NCBI GenBank assembly: GCA_963849325.1
Contig: CAWKHF010000004.1
Location: forward strand, 479,619-543,618
DNA length: 64,000 nt
Reading direction: 5' to 3'
From: an uncultured Planctomycetota bacterium
GTDB lineage: Bacteria; Planctomycetota; Planctomycetia; Gemmatales; Gemmataceae
Shown: positions 63,815 to 64,000 of the stretch, piece after piece
Position numbering within the stretch: position 1 is the stretch's first letter
Layout: each line of letters opens with the position of its first letter
Position numbers and translations under genes: made by a program
The notes under the pieces: model-generated
The model's input: the letters and a program-made list of their open reading frames with translations, nothing else
Told to the model about the DNA's origin: nothing
The model's database searches: none

Positions 63815-64000
63815 GGGGCGGAGGAAGACAGGATCGTGTTGCTGAGATGGCTGATGGGCCGAGCCACCTGGCCATCAATGGCTGCGTCTGGCGGCAGCTT
63901 TTCGTTTGGCACACTCTTGGCTCAGTTGACTGTGCCAATCAGATCAGCTTTCCACAAATGTATAGCTCTCGCCATGTTACGGCGAGTGTTTCAGGTCGAG

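Noticed and set aside
63960-64000. Possible IS end TATAGCTCTCGCCATGTTA
   Set aside because: Window ends; no partner repeat or transposase visible

Overview
High-GC bacterial DNA. From about 5.8 kb onward it looks planctomycetal (DUF1559 prepilin-like gene, TIGR03000-like domains, sulfatases); the first 5.3 kb (filamentous-haemagglutinin-like gene, resolvase/WGR) has a different, plasmid-like character. Blocks in order: (1) FHA/TpsA-like exoprotein with an internal duplication, then a resolvase read in frame into a WGR-like domain; (2) an integrative element (ParB, VirD4-type coupling protein, three tandem small membrane peptides, excisionase-like HTH, large serine recombinase ending in a tRNA-Ser-like att fragment) with no visible relaxase; (3) a 25.6-kb minus-strand contractile injection system (eCIS/Afp-PVC-like) operon: sheath, tube, DUF4255, AAA+ ATPase, a DUF4157 cargo followed by a DPBB-like and a toxin-like domain, spike/baseplate genes with large helical inserts, DUF6519 and a terminal membrane protein; this region and downstream genes lie between two identical inverted 63-bp double-hairpin repeats; (4) WD40 and TIGR03000-like genes and a mosaic of gene fragments containing an ISH3-ended MITE; (5) a sialic-acid utilisation cluster with a GntR regulator; (6) two tail-to-tail ISH3-family elements forming a palindrome of about 1 kb, an IS630 remnant and a broken tyrosine integrase. 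Single-base frameshifts are pervasive and may be uncorrected sequencing error, so many gene boundaries are reconstructed. All family calls are by motif recognition, not database search.
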